Shown here: positions 31,281 through 41,708 of the stretch, piece by piece | Layout: the number at the start of each line of letters is the position of its first letter | Numbering within the stretch: position 1 is the first letter of the stretch | Origin: Candidatus Latescibacterota bacterium | GTDB lineage: Bacteria; Latescibacterota; UBA2968 | Direction of reading: 5' to 3' | Length of the DNA stretch: 64,000 nucleotides | Assembly (NCBI GenBank): GCA_965198115.1 | Contig: OZ240241.1 | Span: forward strand, 3,904,001-3,968,000 | The notes under the pieces: generated by a model | Databases searched by the model: none | Told to the model about the DNA's origin: nothing | Seen by the model: the letters and a program-made list of their open reading frames with translations, nothing else | Translations under genes and position numbers: made by a program

Positions 31281-32000
31281 CTAAAACAACGTAAGCGGCT
31301 TGTCATCCCGAAACCCGGGATCGGGTGGCAGATCCTCGCCCTCCGCGGCAGCCACGGCCAGTTCATCACACCGTTCGTTCTCCACGTGGCCCGCGTGTCC
31401 TTTGACCCATCGGAATGTCACGTCGTGCGTATTCAACAGATCTAATAATCGCTCCCACAGATCAGGATTCCTGGCAGGTTCGGTCTCCGTTCGCATCCAA
31501 CGATGCTCCCGCCATTTCCGTGCCCATCCCTTCGTCACCGCGTTGACGACGTAGCGTGAATCCGTCATCAGGGTGGCCTTTTTCTCCATATTCACCAGCG
31601 CCTCGATCCCCGCAATGCACGCCTGGATTTCCATCCGGTTGTTCGTCGTCCGGCTGAAACCGGCCGACAGTTCCCGACGCTGATCGCCGTCCAGAATAAC
31701 ACAGCCATACCCTCCCGGCCCCGGGTTCCCGTTGCACGCTCCATCCGTGTAAATCACAACCTCCCCCACCTCCCCAACGGATGCAACCGGATCCTGCAGC
31801 TCTTCGAGCTCCGCCATCACCGCCGGATGGTGCCCCTCGACCGTCTTCAGCCATTCAATCGCAGAAGCGGCTGATGCAAAACTCTTGTAAACAGCACCCG
31901 GGTGACCCTTCACCTGGTCTTGGGCTTGCCCCTTACCCGCCCAGGCCGAGTAGACCCCCGGTTGCTTCCCCCTCGCAATCACATAGATCTTCTTCGCCAT
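31281..32000 (-). CDS. rnhA: Ribonuclease HI with N-terminal hybrid-binding domain
   Basis: YVIARGKQPGVY (Cauli_VI-like), YTDGACNGNPGPGG, TTNNRME, WVKGHAG, NERCDELA. Confidence 0.95.
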   Translation of the reverse strand: MAKKIYVIARGKQPGVYSAWAGKGQAQDQVKGHPGAVYKSFASAASAIEWLKTVEGHHPAVMAELEELQDPVASVGEVGEVVIYTDGACNGNPGPGGYGCVILDGDQRRELSAGFSRTTNNRMEIQACIAGIEALVNMEKKATLMTDSRYVVNAVTKGWARKWREHRWMRTETEPARNPDLWERLLDLLNTHDVTFRWVKGHAGHVENERCDELAVAAAEGEDLPPDPGFRDDKPLTLF

Positions 32001-32292
32001 CCGTTCCTTTCACTTTTATCAATCTGTCTCCATCGCCAGGATTTAACTCTAAGACTTTTGCCCCACGATGCGAAACCGCTTCAGCCTGTTTAGCACTTGC
32101 AGCGACTGTGCTTCAGCACCCACACTAACCCATTGCCACAAGGTCGCTTACGCGCAGCCCGAGCCAGCCTTTCCTGAACACCGAACACTGAACACCGGTT
32201 GCGACCCCCCGCCCTCCACGCCATACTATGATGTACGCGACAGTTCGATCCGACCCGCAAGGTCGTCGTAAGCAGAACTGAGAAATGAACGC

Positions 32293-33666
32293 GAGCTATA
32301 ATCAAAAGGTGTGGAAAAAGAGAAAGGGCGACCCTACCCTTCCCGTGAGATAGTTGATTCACACAAAACCGGGTGAGAGGCCCGGTTGGGAAGGAGGATC
32401 GCCGTGAAGGAACATACGCATAGAGCCCCATTGAAGTCCATGCCGACGTGGGAGACGGTTGACGATTGGATCCGTGAAGAGATCCAGGGCCGGTTCCAGT
32501 CCATTCTGGAGGAGGAGGCGACCGCGTTCTTGGGCCGGTCGTGGTATGAGCGCCGAGCCGAGGTCGATAGCTCCAGGGGCTACAGGAACGGCTACGGCAA
32601 GCCCCGGCGTCTCTCGACGAGCTGCGGAACGATCAAGGTCCGGCGTCCCCGGGTTCGTGGTCTGGAAGAGCGGTTTGAAAGCCGCATCCTCCCCCTGTTC
32701 GCCCGGAGAACCAGGGCCATTGGAGATCTGCTTCCCGACCTTTATCTCCACGGTCTCTCCCAGGGCGACTTCGAGTTGTCTTTGCGTGCGCTGCTCGGTG
32801 ATGGCGCGCCGCTTTCGCCGACCTCGATCGCTCGTCTTCGAGGGAAGTGGGAGGTCGACTTCCAGGACTGGAAAGAAAGGCGTCTGGATAATCGCGAACT
32901 GGTCTACGCCTGGGCTGATGGCATCTACGTCAAAGCCGGGCTCGAGCGCGAGAAGGCGTGTCTGCTGGTCGTGATCGGCGCGATGAGCGACGGCAGCAAG
33001 GAGATCCTGGCGATAGAACCCGGTTATCGAGAGTCTACAGAATCCTGGCTCACGGTGCTCCGGGATCTCCGGGATCGCGGGCTCGAACATCCTGTCCTGA
33101 TCGCCGCGGACGGGAATATGGGCATCTGGGCGGCCGTTGATCAGGTCTGGCCAGAGAGCCGGCAACAACGGTGCTGGAACCACAAGATCCTCAACGTGCT
33201 CGACAAGGTCGCCAAGCGTGCACAGGCTGAAGCCCGCGCACTGCTCGTCCAGATCCCCTATGCCGGCACGAAAAAGGAGGCCGAGAAGCTCCGGAAACGC
33301 TTTGCCGCACGGTATCGCTCACAGTTCCCTGCCGCCGTGGAGACGCTCGAAAGAGACTGGGATCGGATGGTCACGTTCTACGACTTCCCGAAGGAACACT
33401 GGAAACACCTGAGAACCACGAACGTCGTCGAGAGCCCCTTTGCTTCCGTTCGGCTTCGCACAAACGCCGCCAGGCGATTCAAGAAAGTCAGGAACGCCAC
33501 GACTCTCATCTGGCGTACGCTCAAGGTCGCAGAGAGCCGATTCAGGAAACTCACCGCGCCACACTTGCTACAACAAGTCTACGATCAGAAACACTCAACC
33601 GGACCGCAGGTCGAAGCCGGGAAGATGGCCGCCTGATTTCTTTTACACACCTATTGACCTGAACTC
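32293..33666 (+). mobile_element. IS256-family element A, copy 2 (no matching TSD)
   Basis: Near-identical to copy 1; flanks aatgaacgc / taattcagg differ. Confidence 0.95.
32404..33636 (+). CDS. IS256-family transposase
   Basis: Two aa differences from copy 1. Confidence 0.95.
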   Translation: MKEHTHRAPLKSMPTWETVDDWIREEIQGRFQSILEEEATAFLGRSWYERRAEVDSSRGYRNGYGKPRRLSTSCGTIKVRRPRVRGLEERFESRILPLFARRTRAIGDLLPDLYLHGLSQGDFELSLRALLGDGAPLSPTSIARLRGKWEVDFQDWKERRLDNRELVYAWADGIYVKAGLEREKACLLVVIGAMSDGSKEILAIEPGYRESTESWLTVLRDLRDRGLEHPVLIAADGNMGIWAAVDQVWPESRQQRCWNHKILNVLDKVAKRAQAEARALLVQIPYAGTKKEAEKLRKRFAARYRSQFPAAVETLERDWDRMVTFYDFPKEHWKHLRTTNVVESPFASVRLRTNAARRFKKVRNATTLIWRTLKVAESRFRKLTAPHLLQQVYDQKHSTGPQVEAGKMAA

Positions 33667-34195
33667 TAATTCAGGCTATTGTCATCAACTGATCGCGCTT
33701 CATTCAAGATTTCCAGCGCCCGGCTTGACAATGGCACCCGATGGGGACGCTTGGCCTTCATGCGCTGGCCGGGGATGATCCATTCGCCTGTCTTCAAGTC
33801 GATTTCATCCCAAGTGGCAAGGCGAACCTCGCCGGAACGGCACGCGGTCAGCACCAGGAACTCGAAGGCCAGCTTGGCGGTGAGGGTCGCCGCCGAAGTC
33901 CGCACAGCCTCTATCGTCCCCGCGACCTCGCCATGGGGTAGCGCCAAGTGGTGGCGCTTGACGCCGTTATGCCGAGGCAACGCAGCGCCGATGGCGTCGC
34001 CGGCGGAGTTGTCATGCCGAAAGCCTTGGGCCACGGCCCACTTCATCACCGTGCTGATGCGCTGGCGCACCCGTCGCGCGGTTTCGGGTTTTTCATGCCA
34101 GATCGGCTCCAGGACCGCCAGCACGTCTGCTGTCGTCACCTCCGACACCGGCATCGCGCCGAGACGCGGGAACGCGTAGGCGTTCAGACTGGAAG
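33667..34195 (-). pseudogene. P4-like tyrosine integrase, internal fragment
   Basis: KPETARRVRQRI, LTACRSGEVR, IPGQRMKAKRPHRVPLS; HxxR/Y C-terminus removed at the IS256 end. Confidence 0.85.
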
Positions 34196-34208
34196 GCCCG
34201 AGAAACAG

Positions 34209-34333
34209 GCCGCTCGATATGATCGGTTACACCAGCGTGACCTGGAGACACGGTCCAGGCTCGGAGGACCATCGGGTTTGGTGATTTTGTGATCTTTGCC
34301 AACGCCTTCGGCAAGGAAACTTCGTCAAACTGA
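34209..34333 (+). pseudogene. Remnant of a dockerin-like EF-hand C-terminal module
   Basis: ARYD...TIGFGDFVIFANAFGKETSSN-stop. Confidence 0.55.
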
Positions 34334-34542
34334 CGACCTGTGCGTTTTGACGTCTTTCAAGATACATTGGCCGTTTACGGGCGACCTGCCTGCAGTGGCG
34401 TGGTCCACTGCCTTAGAAGGGACAAGGGCATTGAGGATCTCAGGGAAGATGTTCAGGAGCTCCAACGAGAACGAGATGAGGTCGTAGAGGTTCTGGCTTC
34501 GAAGATTGCTGCCCGGCGTTCATTAGTTCCGTGCATAAATAA

Positions 34543-35962
34543 GGCTCTATCCGGGTTTCTCAACGGTGAAACTGTAGAATGACAAGGTCATAGATCGTTC
34601 CCTACGCTTGGTTGTGTGTGTAGGACAATCAAAGCGAAGGGGGTGCGACCTATGACCGGGAGCAGATTACTATCGAAACTGCTGAGATTCAAGGGGTTCC
34701 GTGTTGTCAGCTGGTGGTTTGAGGGGAGAAGCTGTTTCGTCATCGCCGTAAAGCCACATAAGAATGGTTGTTGTTGTCCGGAGTGCGGCCGTCGAGGTAA
34801 AATCGTCCGCACAATGCCCCATCCGCGTCGGTGGCGTGACATTCCGGTGTGCGGGTGGAGGGTCTGGCTTCTCTACCATCCTCGGGAGATTCGGTGTCCT
34901 ACCCACGGTCGTGTGGTCGAGGAGATTCCGTGGGCGGAGCGGTTCTCTCGGGTGACGTATCGCTTCGAGTATGCCATGCTGCGCTACTGCCAGACCATGA
35001 CGCAGAAGGCGGCGTCCGAGTTACTGCGCATCTCTGCCTCGACGCTGTCGGATCTCCGTCACCGATCCATCACGCGGCTTCGTGAAGGTCATCGTATCCG
35101 AGGGCTCAAAACCATCGGGATCGACGAGATCTCCTACGCCAAGCGTCACAGGTACGCCACGCTCGTTTACGATCTGGACCGCTCCTGCGTGGTGTGGGTT
35201 GGCCGCGGCAGGGCGCGTAAAACGATCGATCGGTTCTTCACAGAGGCTCTCAGTCCCTACCAGAGATCCAAGATCGAGTGGGCCTGCTGCGACATGAGCG
35301 AAGCTTACATCGGAGCCATCCAGGAACACTGTCCGAATGCCAAGCTGGTCCTCGATCGCTTTCACATCGTCAAGGCTCTCAATGCCGCCGTTGACGAGGT
35401 CCGTAAGGACCAGTGGCGTGAAGCTGCCCCGGATGAGCGCAAAGCCATGAAGGGCCTCCGATGGCTCCTCTACCGGCACTCAGCGACACGCTCCAGAGGG
35501 GATACTCGGACACTCAAAGCACTGGAGAAGGCGAACTACCGAATCTATAGAGCCTGGAGACTCAAGGACGAGTTCGAGCAGTTCTGGGAATACAAAGCGC
35601 CCTGGGCTGCCGAACGCTTCCTGAAATGCTGGACGACGTCCGCACTCAGAAGTCGACTTGAACCCCTGCGAAAGTTCGTCAGGACCCTGCGACAGCACTT
35701 CTTCGGCGTCCTCGCATTCGTGAACACGCGTCTTACCAACGCCATCGCCGAAGGCCTCAACCGAATCGTCCAAATCGTCAAGAACCGAGCCAGCGGATTC
35801 CGCACACTCGACGCATTCAACGATATGATCTTCCTTACCGTCGGAGACATAAACATCCCTGAGCAGATTCCGAAGAGGTTCCGCACACTCTAACCGCGCC
35901 CCCATGCCAGGAACCACGGCACCTTCACCCACTTCATCTCGTTGAGAGATCCGGATATAGCC
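34543..35962 (+). mobile_element. ISL3-family element (1420 bp)
   Basis: IRs ggctctatccgggtttctcaacg / cgttgagagatccggatatagcc; 8-bp TSD ataaataa. Confidence 0.95.
34652..35893 (+). CDS. ISL3-family transposase
   Basis: CPECG zinc finger, IGIDE, CDMS, LDRFHIV, TNAIAEGLN. Confidence 0.95.
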   Translation: MTGSRLLSKLLRFKGFRVVSWWFEGRSCFVIAVKPHKNGCCCPECGRRGKIVRTMPHPRRWRDIPVCGWRVWLLYHPREIRCPTHGRVVEEIPWAERFSRVTYRFEYAMLRYCQTMTQKAASELLRISASTLSDLRHRSITRLREGHRIRGLKTIGIDEISYAKRHRYATLVYDLDRSCVVWVGRGRARKTIDRFFTEALSPYQRSKIEWACCDMSEAYIGAIQEHCPNAKLVLDRFHIVKALNAAVDEVRKDQWREAAPDERKAMKGLRWLLYRHSATRSRGDTRTLKALEKANYRIYRAWRLKDEFEQFWEYKAPWAAERFLKCWTTSALRSRLEPLRKFVRTLRQHFFGVLAFVNTRLTNAIAEGLNRIVQIVKNRASGFRTLDAFNDMIFLTVGDINIPEQIPKRFRTL

Positions 35963-36172
35963 ATAAATAAGCACACAAAAAATCACCCCCATTAGCCCTT
36001 CCGGGAGCCCCACCAGAGCCTGTCCGGGAGCCCTTCAGAAGTGGGACACCATAGGAGTGGTACACCTTGGGGCCGTCTTTTGGTTCATAACTACAGTATT
36101 CGATACGACTTAGATGTGGTACACTCCCGGAAGCGTACCACAAGCGTTTCGGGAGCTTTTATCGGCATGATC

Positions 36173-36213
36173 CGTTCATTAGTTCCGTGCATAATAAGCA
36201 CACAAAAAATCAC
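36173..36213 (+). repeat. 41-bp direct repeat; the other copy (34517-35986) is split by ISL3
   Basis: cgttcattagttccgtgcataa(a)taagcacacaaaaaatcac. Confidence 0.9.
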
Positions 36214-36249
36214 GGCTCGATGATCCGATCCGATTCGAGGGAAGAAATT

Positions 36250-36774
36250 ATGACCACAAGACAGAAGACGGCTCAGATTGAGGAACGTCGCGACGAGGTG
36301 ATGAGGCTCATGCTGGGTGGTGCAAACCATCAGATAGTACGTCAGACGGGCATCTCGCACGGGACAGTACAACGGGACATCAATGCCCGCCTGGAGGGTG
36401 CAGCTGTTCAGTGTCCAGATACGACCCAATACCGCCAGCTGCAACGGGAGCGGCTCAACCAGATGCTCGTCAAGCTGTGGCCGCTGGCAATGGCGAAAGT
36501 ACCCGATCTGTCAGCCATCGCCATCATTCTCAAGCTCCTGGGGCGTGAGGCAAAGCTGCTCGGCCTGGATGCTGCGCCGGAGATGGTCGAACACACCGGT
36601 TCAGAGGGGAAGGACATAACCGTCACCTACGTCTTGCCCGACGGTAAGACGGTGGAGGATTATGACGATGAGGCCGTGGCAATGGAGCGTATATTGCCAA
36701 GGCGGGTTGAGCCTGTGGACCTACCCTTGATGCCGAGGCTTGGGCGATCCGAGGCTGTCGATCCAGGTGACTGA
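36250..36774 (+). CDS. HTH protein resembling phage terminase small subunit
   Basis: N-terminal HTH (TGISHGTVQRDI), REAKLLGLDA, VEHTGSEGKDI. Confidence 0.6.
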   Translation: MTTRQKTAQIEERRDEVMRLMLGGANHQIVRQTGISHGTVQRDINARLEGAAVQCPDTTQYRQLQRERLNQMLVKLWPLAMAKVPDLSAIAIILKLLGREAKLLGLDAAPEMVEHTGSEGKDITVTYVLPDGKTVEDYDDEAVAMERILPRRVEPVDLPLMPRLGRSEAVDPGD

Positions 36775-36885
36775 CGGGTGGAGGTAGCTGGTTCGGCGCT
36801 ACAGGTGCACGCTCTGTCAGGTCGTCAAAGGCTCCCCTTGGGGGCCACCGAGCCGCAGGTCCTCGGGAAACGTAAGGAGGTCGTT

Positions 36886-38385
36886 ATGTCGAGAAGTTTT
36901 CGTCGTGTGATTGTGGTGGTGCTTGCCGGCGGGGTGTTATGGAGTTGTGGCAGCGAGCGTGTGACGGTGTCAGAGGGGGGTCAGGGGGCTGGCGAGCAGG
37001 TTAGGCGGTCCTTGAGCAAGGCGGCTGTCGACAGGGGCGTGACGCAGGCCGTGGTGGTGGTGACGGTGCGCGAAGATGGGATGCCTGTGCCCGGTGCGGC
37101 TGTGGAGTTCTCGCGATCTATCTCCGGGCGGTCGGCCCAGTATGCGTGGTCGGACACGACGGATGAGGCGGGCCGGGCGCGGGTGGCGCTTGGTGAAAAT
37201 GCGACCGGTTACTACCAGGCACGTGCGTGGCAGGACGGAAACCTGCTGGGGAGGTGGTCGAGCATCCCGATCAACGGCGGGTATGAGGTGCTGCTCGATC
37301 TGGCCGTTGGGGGGAAGGCGCGCGTGACGGGTTCATCGCTTCTGTCCTCAGCGCCCGAAGAGATCGCCGTGGGCGTCGTCGTGTCCCTGACCGGTCCCAA
37401 TGCGTTGTACGGCCTGTCGGTGAGGGACGGTTTTGAGCTTGCGCTCGAAGAGGTCAACGGATCAGGTCTCATCGCCCCCAAAATCCGGTTCATCGTCGAG
37501 GACTATCGAGGCACGGCTGCGGGTGCGGTGGAAACGTTCGGTAAGCTGATCCACCAAGACAGGGTGCCCGTGATCTTGGGTCCGGGCATCTCCACGGCGG
37601 CGGTGGAGGCATTTCCGATCGCGCAAGATAATCAGGTGGTGGCGTTCAGCTCGATCTCGTCGGCGGCGGGGTTGAGCGCGATCGGCGATTTCATCTTCCG
37701 TGCGAGTCTTACCGTCGATAGGATGGTGCCGGTCGGCGTGGCGACGACCCGGGAGAAGCTGGGGTATCAGAGGGTGGCCGTGCTGTACGATCGGATCGAT
37801 CTCTATTCCCAGAGCGGCTATGAGGCGTTGACGGAAGCGTTCGCGGACAACGGCGTCGAGGTTGTCGCGACCGAGACGTTCGAGACGGGCGACACCGATT
37901 TTTCGGCGCAACTGACGCGGATAGAGGCGCTCGACCCGGATGCCGTTTTCGTCTCGGCCTTGTCGCCGGAGATGACCTTGATCCTGATCCAAGGTCGTGA
38001 CCTGGGCACTTCCCTTATCATCCTCGAGATGACGATCGACGAGGTCAAAGCGGCCGGTGCGGCCGCCGAAGGCGCCATCACGTTTACTTCGTGGATTCAC
38101 ACGGCCTCGACACCCGGGAACCAGGCTTTTGTCCAAAAGTATGAGGAGACATACGGGCAAAACCCGAACCCTTGGGCGGCGCAGTCGTATGCCGCGGTGC
38201 ATGTTTTGGCAGAAGCGCTCGCGAAGGGAAAATCGACGGATGCGCGCGCGATCCGGGCGGCGATGGCCGACATCCGGGATTTCAACACGGTCCTAGGGTC
38301 ATTCTCTTTCGATGCCGACGGCGACGCGATCTACGACCCCATCATCCTGGTCGTCAGGGACGGCGGGCTTGAGGTCTTCGAATAA
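36886..38385 (+). CDS. LivJ-like ABC substrate-binding lipoprotein with extra N-terminal Ig-like domain
   Basis: RBS aaggagg, lipobox-like VLWSC, SLTGPNALYG, TDFSAQLTRI, GSFSFDADGD. Confidence 0.85.
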   Translation: MSRSFRRVIVVVLAGGVLWSCGSERVTVSEGGQGAGEQVRRSLSKAAVDRGVTQAVVVVTVREDGMPVPGAAVEFSRSISGRSAQYAWSDTTDEAGRARVALGENATGYYQARAWQDGNLLGRWSSIPINGGYEVLLDLAVGGKARVTGSSLLSSAPEEIAVGVVVSLTGPNALYGLSVRDGFELALEEVNGSGLIAPKIRFIVEDYRGTAAGAVETFGKLIHQDRVPVILGPGISTAAVEAFPIAQDNQVVAFSSISSAAGLSAIGDFIFRASLTVDRMVPVGVATTREKLGYQRVAVLYDRIDLYSQSGYEALTEAFADNGVEVVATETFETGDTDFSAQLTRIEALDPDAVFVSALSPEMTLILIQGRDLGTSLIILEMTIDEVKAAGAAAEGAITFTSWIHTASTPGNQAFVQKYEETYGQNPNPWAAQSYAAVHVLAEALAKGKSTDARAIRAAMADIRDFNTVLGSFSFDADGDAIYDPIILVVRDGGLEVFE

Positions 38386-38443
38386 ACCGTGCCACACCAG
38401 TGGCATCGGGAGCGCAAGGCAAAAGCAAAATAGGGGGGAGCCC

Positions 38444-39796
38444 ATGGAACAGTCTGGCAAGCCGCCGGGAGCGGCCAGCGGAGAACCGACGCTTCGGCGC
38501 AGCATAGGGTTGTGGCAAATGACGCTCTACGGAGCGGGCAGCATGCTGGGCGCCGGCATCTACGGTTTGCTGGGGCAGGTTGCTGCCGAGATGGGTTCTG
38601 CGATCTGGTTGGCCTTCGCGCTATCCATGGTCGCGGCGGGGCTGACGGGGTTGTCCTATGCCTCGCTCGGCTCGCGCTACCCGCGCGCGGGCGGTGCGGC
38701 TTATATTACCCACCGCGCCTATCGCCGCACCCTGCTGACCCATGTCGTAGGCCTCAGCGTGGCGTGTTCCGGCTTCACTTCGATCGCCGCCGGCGCGCGC
38801 GTCGTGGGTGAGAACCTGCAGGCCTTACCCGCTCTCCAAGGTCTGCCGACCGGCATGCTGGCCTTCATCTATCTCATCTTCGTGGGTGCCCTCGTCTACC
38901 GCGGTATCCGGGAATCCATGTGGGCCAATGTCGTCTTCACATTGGTGGAAGCGGCGGGCCTGCTGTTCGTGATCGCAGTCTGCCTGCGTTTCTGGGGTTC
39001 GGCGAACCTGATGGAGTTTCCTTCCCTTCCGGAGACCGAGGCGGGCCTTCCCCTCGTGTTCCTGGTCCAGGGAGTCGTGCTCACCTTCTATTCCTTCCTC
39101 GGGTTCGAAGATGCGATCAACGTCGGCGAGGAATTAAAGAATCCGCGGCGTAACATGCCGCTCGGTCTCGTGTCGGCCCTGGTGCTGACCGTCCTCATCT
39201 ACATGGGCGTGTCGATCAGCGCGGTCTCGGTGGTGCCGTGGCAGGTATTGGCGGAGGCCAATGCGCCGCTGGTCGAAGTCGTGGCGCGCGCGGCGCCCTG
39301 GTTCCCGGCCTGGATGTTCATTGCGATTACCATCTTCGCGGTGGCGAATACCGGGCTGATCAACTATGTGACCGCCTCACGTCTCCTGTATGGCATGGCG
39401 CGCGACGGACAGCTGCCGCGAGTTCTCTGCAAGGTCCATCCGGCGCGCCGCACGCCCCATGTCGCTGTGGCGCTCATCTTTGCGGTGATCGTGCTCTTGA
39501 TCCTGTCGGGCGACATTTCGCAGCTGGCTTCGGCTACGGTGCTCCTCCTCCTTCTGGTGTTCTCGGTCGTAAACAGTGCGCTTGTCATCCTGAAGCTCAG
39601 ACCCGGTGAACCCGAGGGCGGCTTCGAGCTGCCGATCGCCGTGCCCGCACTCGGCGCGGTCGTCTGCTTCGCGATGTTCGCGGCCCGGGTCGGGGCTGGC
39701 GACTGGCGGGCGCCGGCGATCGCGGGCGTCCTGCTCGCGGGTGTCCTCGTGCTCCATCTCCTGCTCCGTCCACAGCTCTCCAAGAGTGGCGAATAG
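38444..39796 (+). CDS. APC family amino-acid permease
   Basis: LRRSIGL, GSMLGAGIY, YPRAGG, FLGFE, EELKNP, ASRLLYGMARDG. Confidence 0.92.
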   Translation: MEQSGKPPGAASGEPTLRRSIGLWQMTLYGAGSMLGAGIYGLLGQVAAEMGSAIWLAFALSMVAAGLTGLSYASLGSRYPRAGGAAYITHRAYRRTLLTHVVGLSVACSGFTSIAAGARVVGENLQALPALQGLPTGMLAFIYLIFVGALVYRGIRESMWANVVFTLVEAAGLLFVIAVCLRFWGSANLMEFPSLPETEAGLPLVFLVQGVVLTFYSFLGFEDAINVGEELKNPRRNMPLGLVSALVLTVLIYMGVSISAVSVVPWQVLAEANAPLVEVVARAAPWFPAWMFIAITIFAVANTGLINYVTASRLLYGMARDGQLPRVLCKVHPARRTPHVAVALIFAVIVLLILSGDISQLASATVLLLLLVFSVVNSALVILKLRPGEPEGGFELPIAVPALGAVVCFAMFAARVGAGDWRAPAIAGVLLAGVLVLHLLLRPQLSKSGE

Positions 39797-39979
39797 CGTG
39801 CGTGGTGGTTGTGCGATGAGGTGTTCGGCGGCGGTCGGACTCGTCGGAGGGACATTCTAGGGGTAGGGGGCCTGCTCCGTCCCAGACCTCGATACCGCCG
39901 TATGCAAAGCGTGGCACGGGCGGCGCGGGCCGACACTGTTGAGCTCTCGCTGGCCCGCCTTACCCCGGGTCTTCTCGGA

Positions 39980-40138
39980 GATTCCCGCGGGAGGTCGCCG
40001 GGGATCAGGCCGACGGCCTGAAGTTCCTCGATGAAGCCGAACATCGCCCTCCTCGATCCGGTCGGGATAGAGGATCCCGTCGAGATGGTCGCACTCATGC
40101 TGGATGATGCGCGCGTGAAACTCCTCCGCCTTCCCCAA
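39980..40138 (-). pseudogene. def: Peptide deformylase C-terminal remnant
   Basis: [16 protein letters not shown] motif; N-terminal motifs absent, frameshifted tail. Confidence 0.75.
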
Positions 40139-40170
40139 ACAGAAGGACCTATCACACCGAAGGGTAAGCG

Positions 40171-40437
40171 ATGAGCCTGATCGTTTCGGAAGTCTATGAT
40201 GCGCTGATCGAGGCCGGCGCGTCCGAGGAGAAGGCGAAGGCCGCGGCGGGGGCGATCCCTCTGGCCGAGCGGCTGGCCACGAAGGAGGACCTGGTCGAAC
40301 TGATAGCTGCTATCGACGGGCGGTTCGCCAAGGTCGACGAGCGGTTCGCCAAAGTCGAGCGCGACCTGGCGGTGCTCAAGTTCGGGTATGGTCCCGTGAT
40401 CGTGGGGTTGCTGATCAAGATCGCCTTTTTCTCGTAG
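40171..40437 (+). CDS. Small coiled-coil membrane-anchored protein (DUF1640/CCDC90-like, phage-associated)
   Basis: [21 protein letters not shown], heptad duplication RFAKVD/E, C-terminal TM segment. Confidence 0.6.
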   Translation: MSLIVSEVYDALIEAGASEEKAKAAAGAIPLAERLATKEDLVELIAAIDGRFAKVDERFAKVERDLAVLKFGYGPVIVGLLIKIAFFS

Positions 40438-41603
40438 ATGCCGCGCAGCCAGATCATCGCCAGAGAATCCCGGACGCGGACCTACCGGGGTCGGCCTGCC
40501 TCCCTCTACTACACGGTCGTGCCGGTTGACGGGACGCCGAAGTGGGAGACGGTGGAGCCGTCTGTCGCCGGCCGTCCCGCGACGCGCAAGGACGCGGAGA
40601 CGTCGCTGGCAAAACGCCTAAAAGATCTCCACGACGGGAAGCTCCGGGTTCGCGCGGACCTCACCTTCGCCGCTTTCTCACAGATCTGGCTCGAGGACTA
40701 CGCCCGGGCCGAAGTCGCCCCCCCGCACGCTCGACACCTACCGCTCCCACTTCAAGAAGAACATCTTTCCCGCGATTGGCTCCAAGCGGATCGACGCGCC
40801 CAGGTCGTCCAGCGCTTCAAGGCGAGCCTGTCCCACCTGTCTGCCGAGACGGTGCGCAAGCACCTGTCCCTCCTGCGTCAGATGTTCAACCACGCCATCG
40901 AGTGGGGCTACTGTGTACAAAATCCGGCGCGCAAGGTCCGGCTGCCCACGGTGCGCCGCCGCCGGGTGAAGCCCTGGAATCCTGCTGAGCTCAGGCAGTT
41001 TCTAAACGCCGTTCCCGAAGACTGGTATGCCTACTTCCTGTGCGTGGTGTCGGGGGGATTGAGGGTCGGCGAGTCGCTGGCGATGCGGTGGAGGAACCTC
41101 GACTGGGAGGGCGGGCGCTACCACGTGAAGGAGAGCGTCAGGCGGGACGGTGGGCCCTCCAAAAACCGCCACCTCGATCGCCTGGGTGGACCTGATGCCC
41201 GAGGCGATCAGGGCGCTAGAAGCCCACAGAGCCCGCCAGAGCGAACGGAAGATCGGGGCCGGGGGGACACCCAGGATCTCATCTTCTGCACCCGCTACGG
41301 CAAGCTCCTGCACGACCGCAACGTCGTCAACCGGATCTATCTTCCATCTATATCGAAAGGCCCAACGAGAGGGCCAGGCGGGAAGGCGGCCCCGAGCTCA
41401 GGCGGCTCCCGTTCCATTACCTCCGCCACGCCTGCGCCTCTTTGATGATCACGGCGAACGAGAACCCGAAAAAGATCCAGGAGCAGATGCGGCACGCCTC
41501 GATCACGATGACCTACGACATCTACGGCCACCTCCTCCTGGAGGCCGCCGGCCACGAAGCCGGGCCCGGGTCCAGGATCGGCAAGATGCTGTTCAAAACG
41601 TAG
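40438..41603 (+). pseudogene. Tyrosine integrase with multiple frameshifts
   Basis: GLRVGESLAMRW; RFHYLRHACAS and MRHASITMTYDIYGH in another frame. Confidence 0.85.
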
Positions 41604-41708
41604 AATCGGAGGAGATCGTTGCGGGTCATCCCCCGGGACTGTTCTGGAATTGGATTGAATCCGCTCACGAAACGCGCACTTGAGCCGCGCGAAGGCTGGG
41701 AAAATCCG

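Noticed and set aside
29758-33666. Composite transposon carrying rnhA between two direct IS256 copies
   Set aside because: Copy 1 has its own 9-bp TSD and the outer flanks of the pair do not match, so these are independent events.
34517-36213. CRISPR array
   Set aside because: Only two repeats, a 186-bp spacer and no cas genes.
40317-40357. 21-bp tandem duplication as a variable/diversity-generating region
   Set aside because: Ordinary coiled-coil heptad duplication; no reverse transcriptase or template repeat seen.
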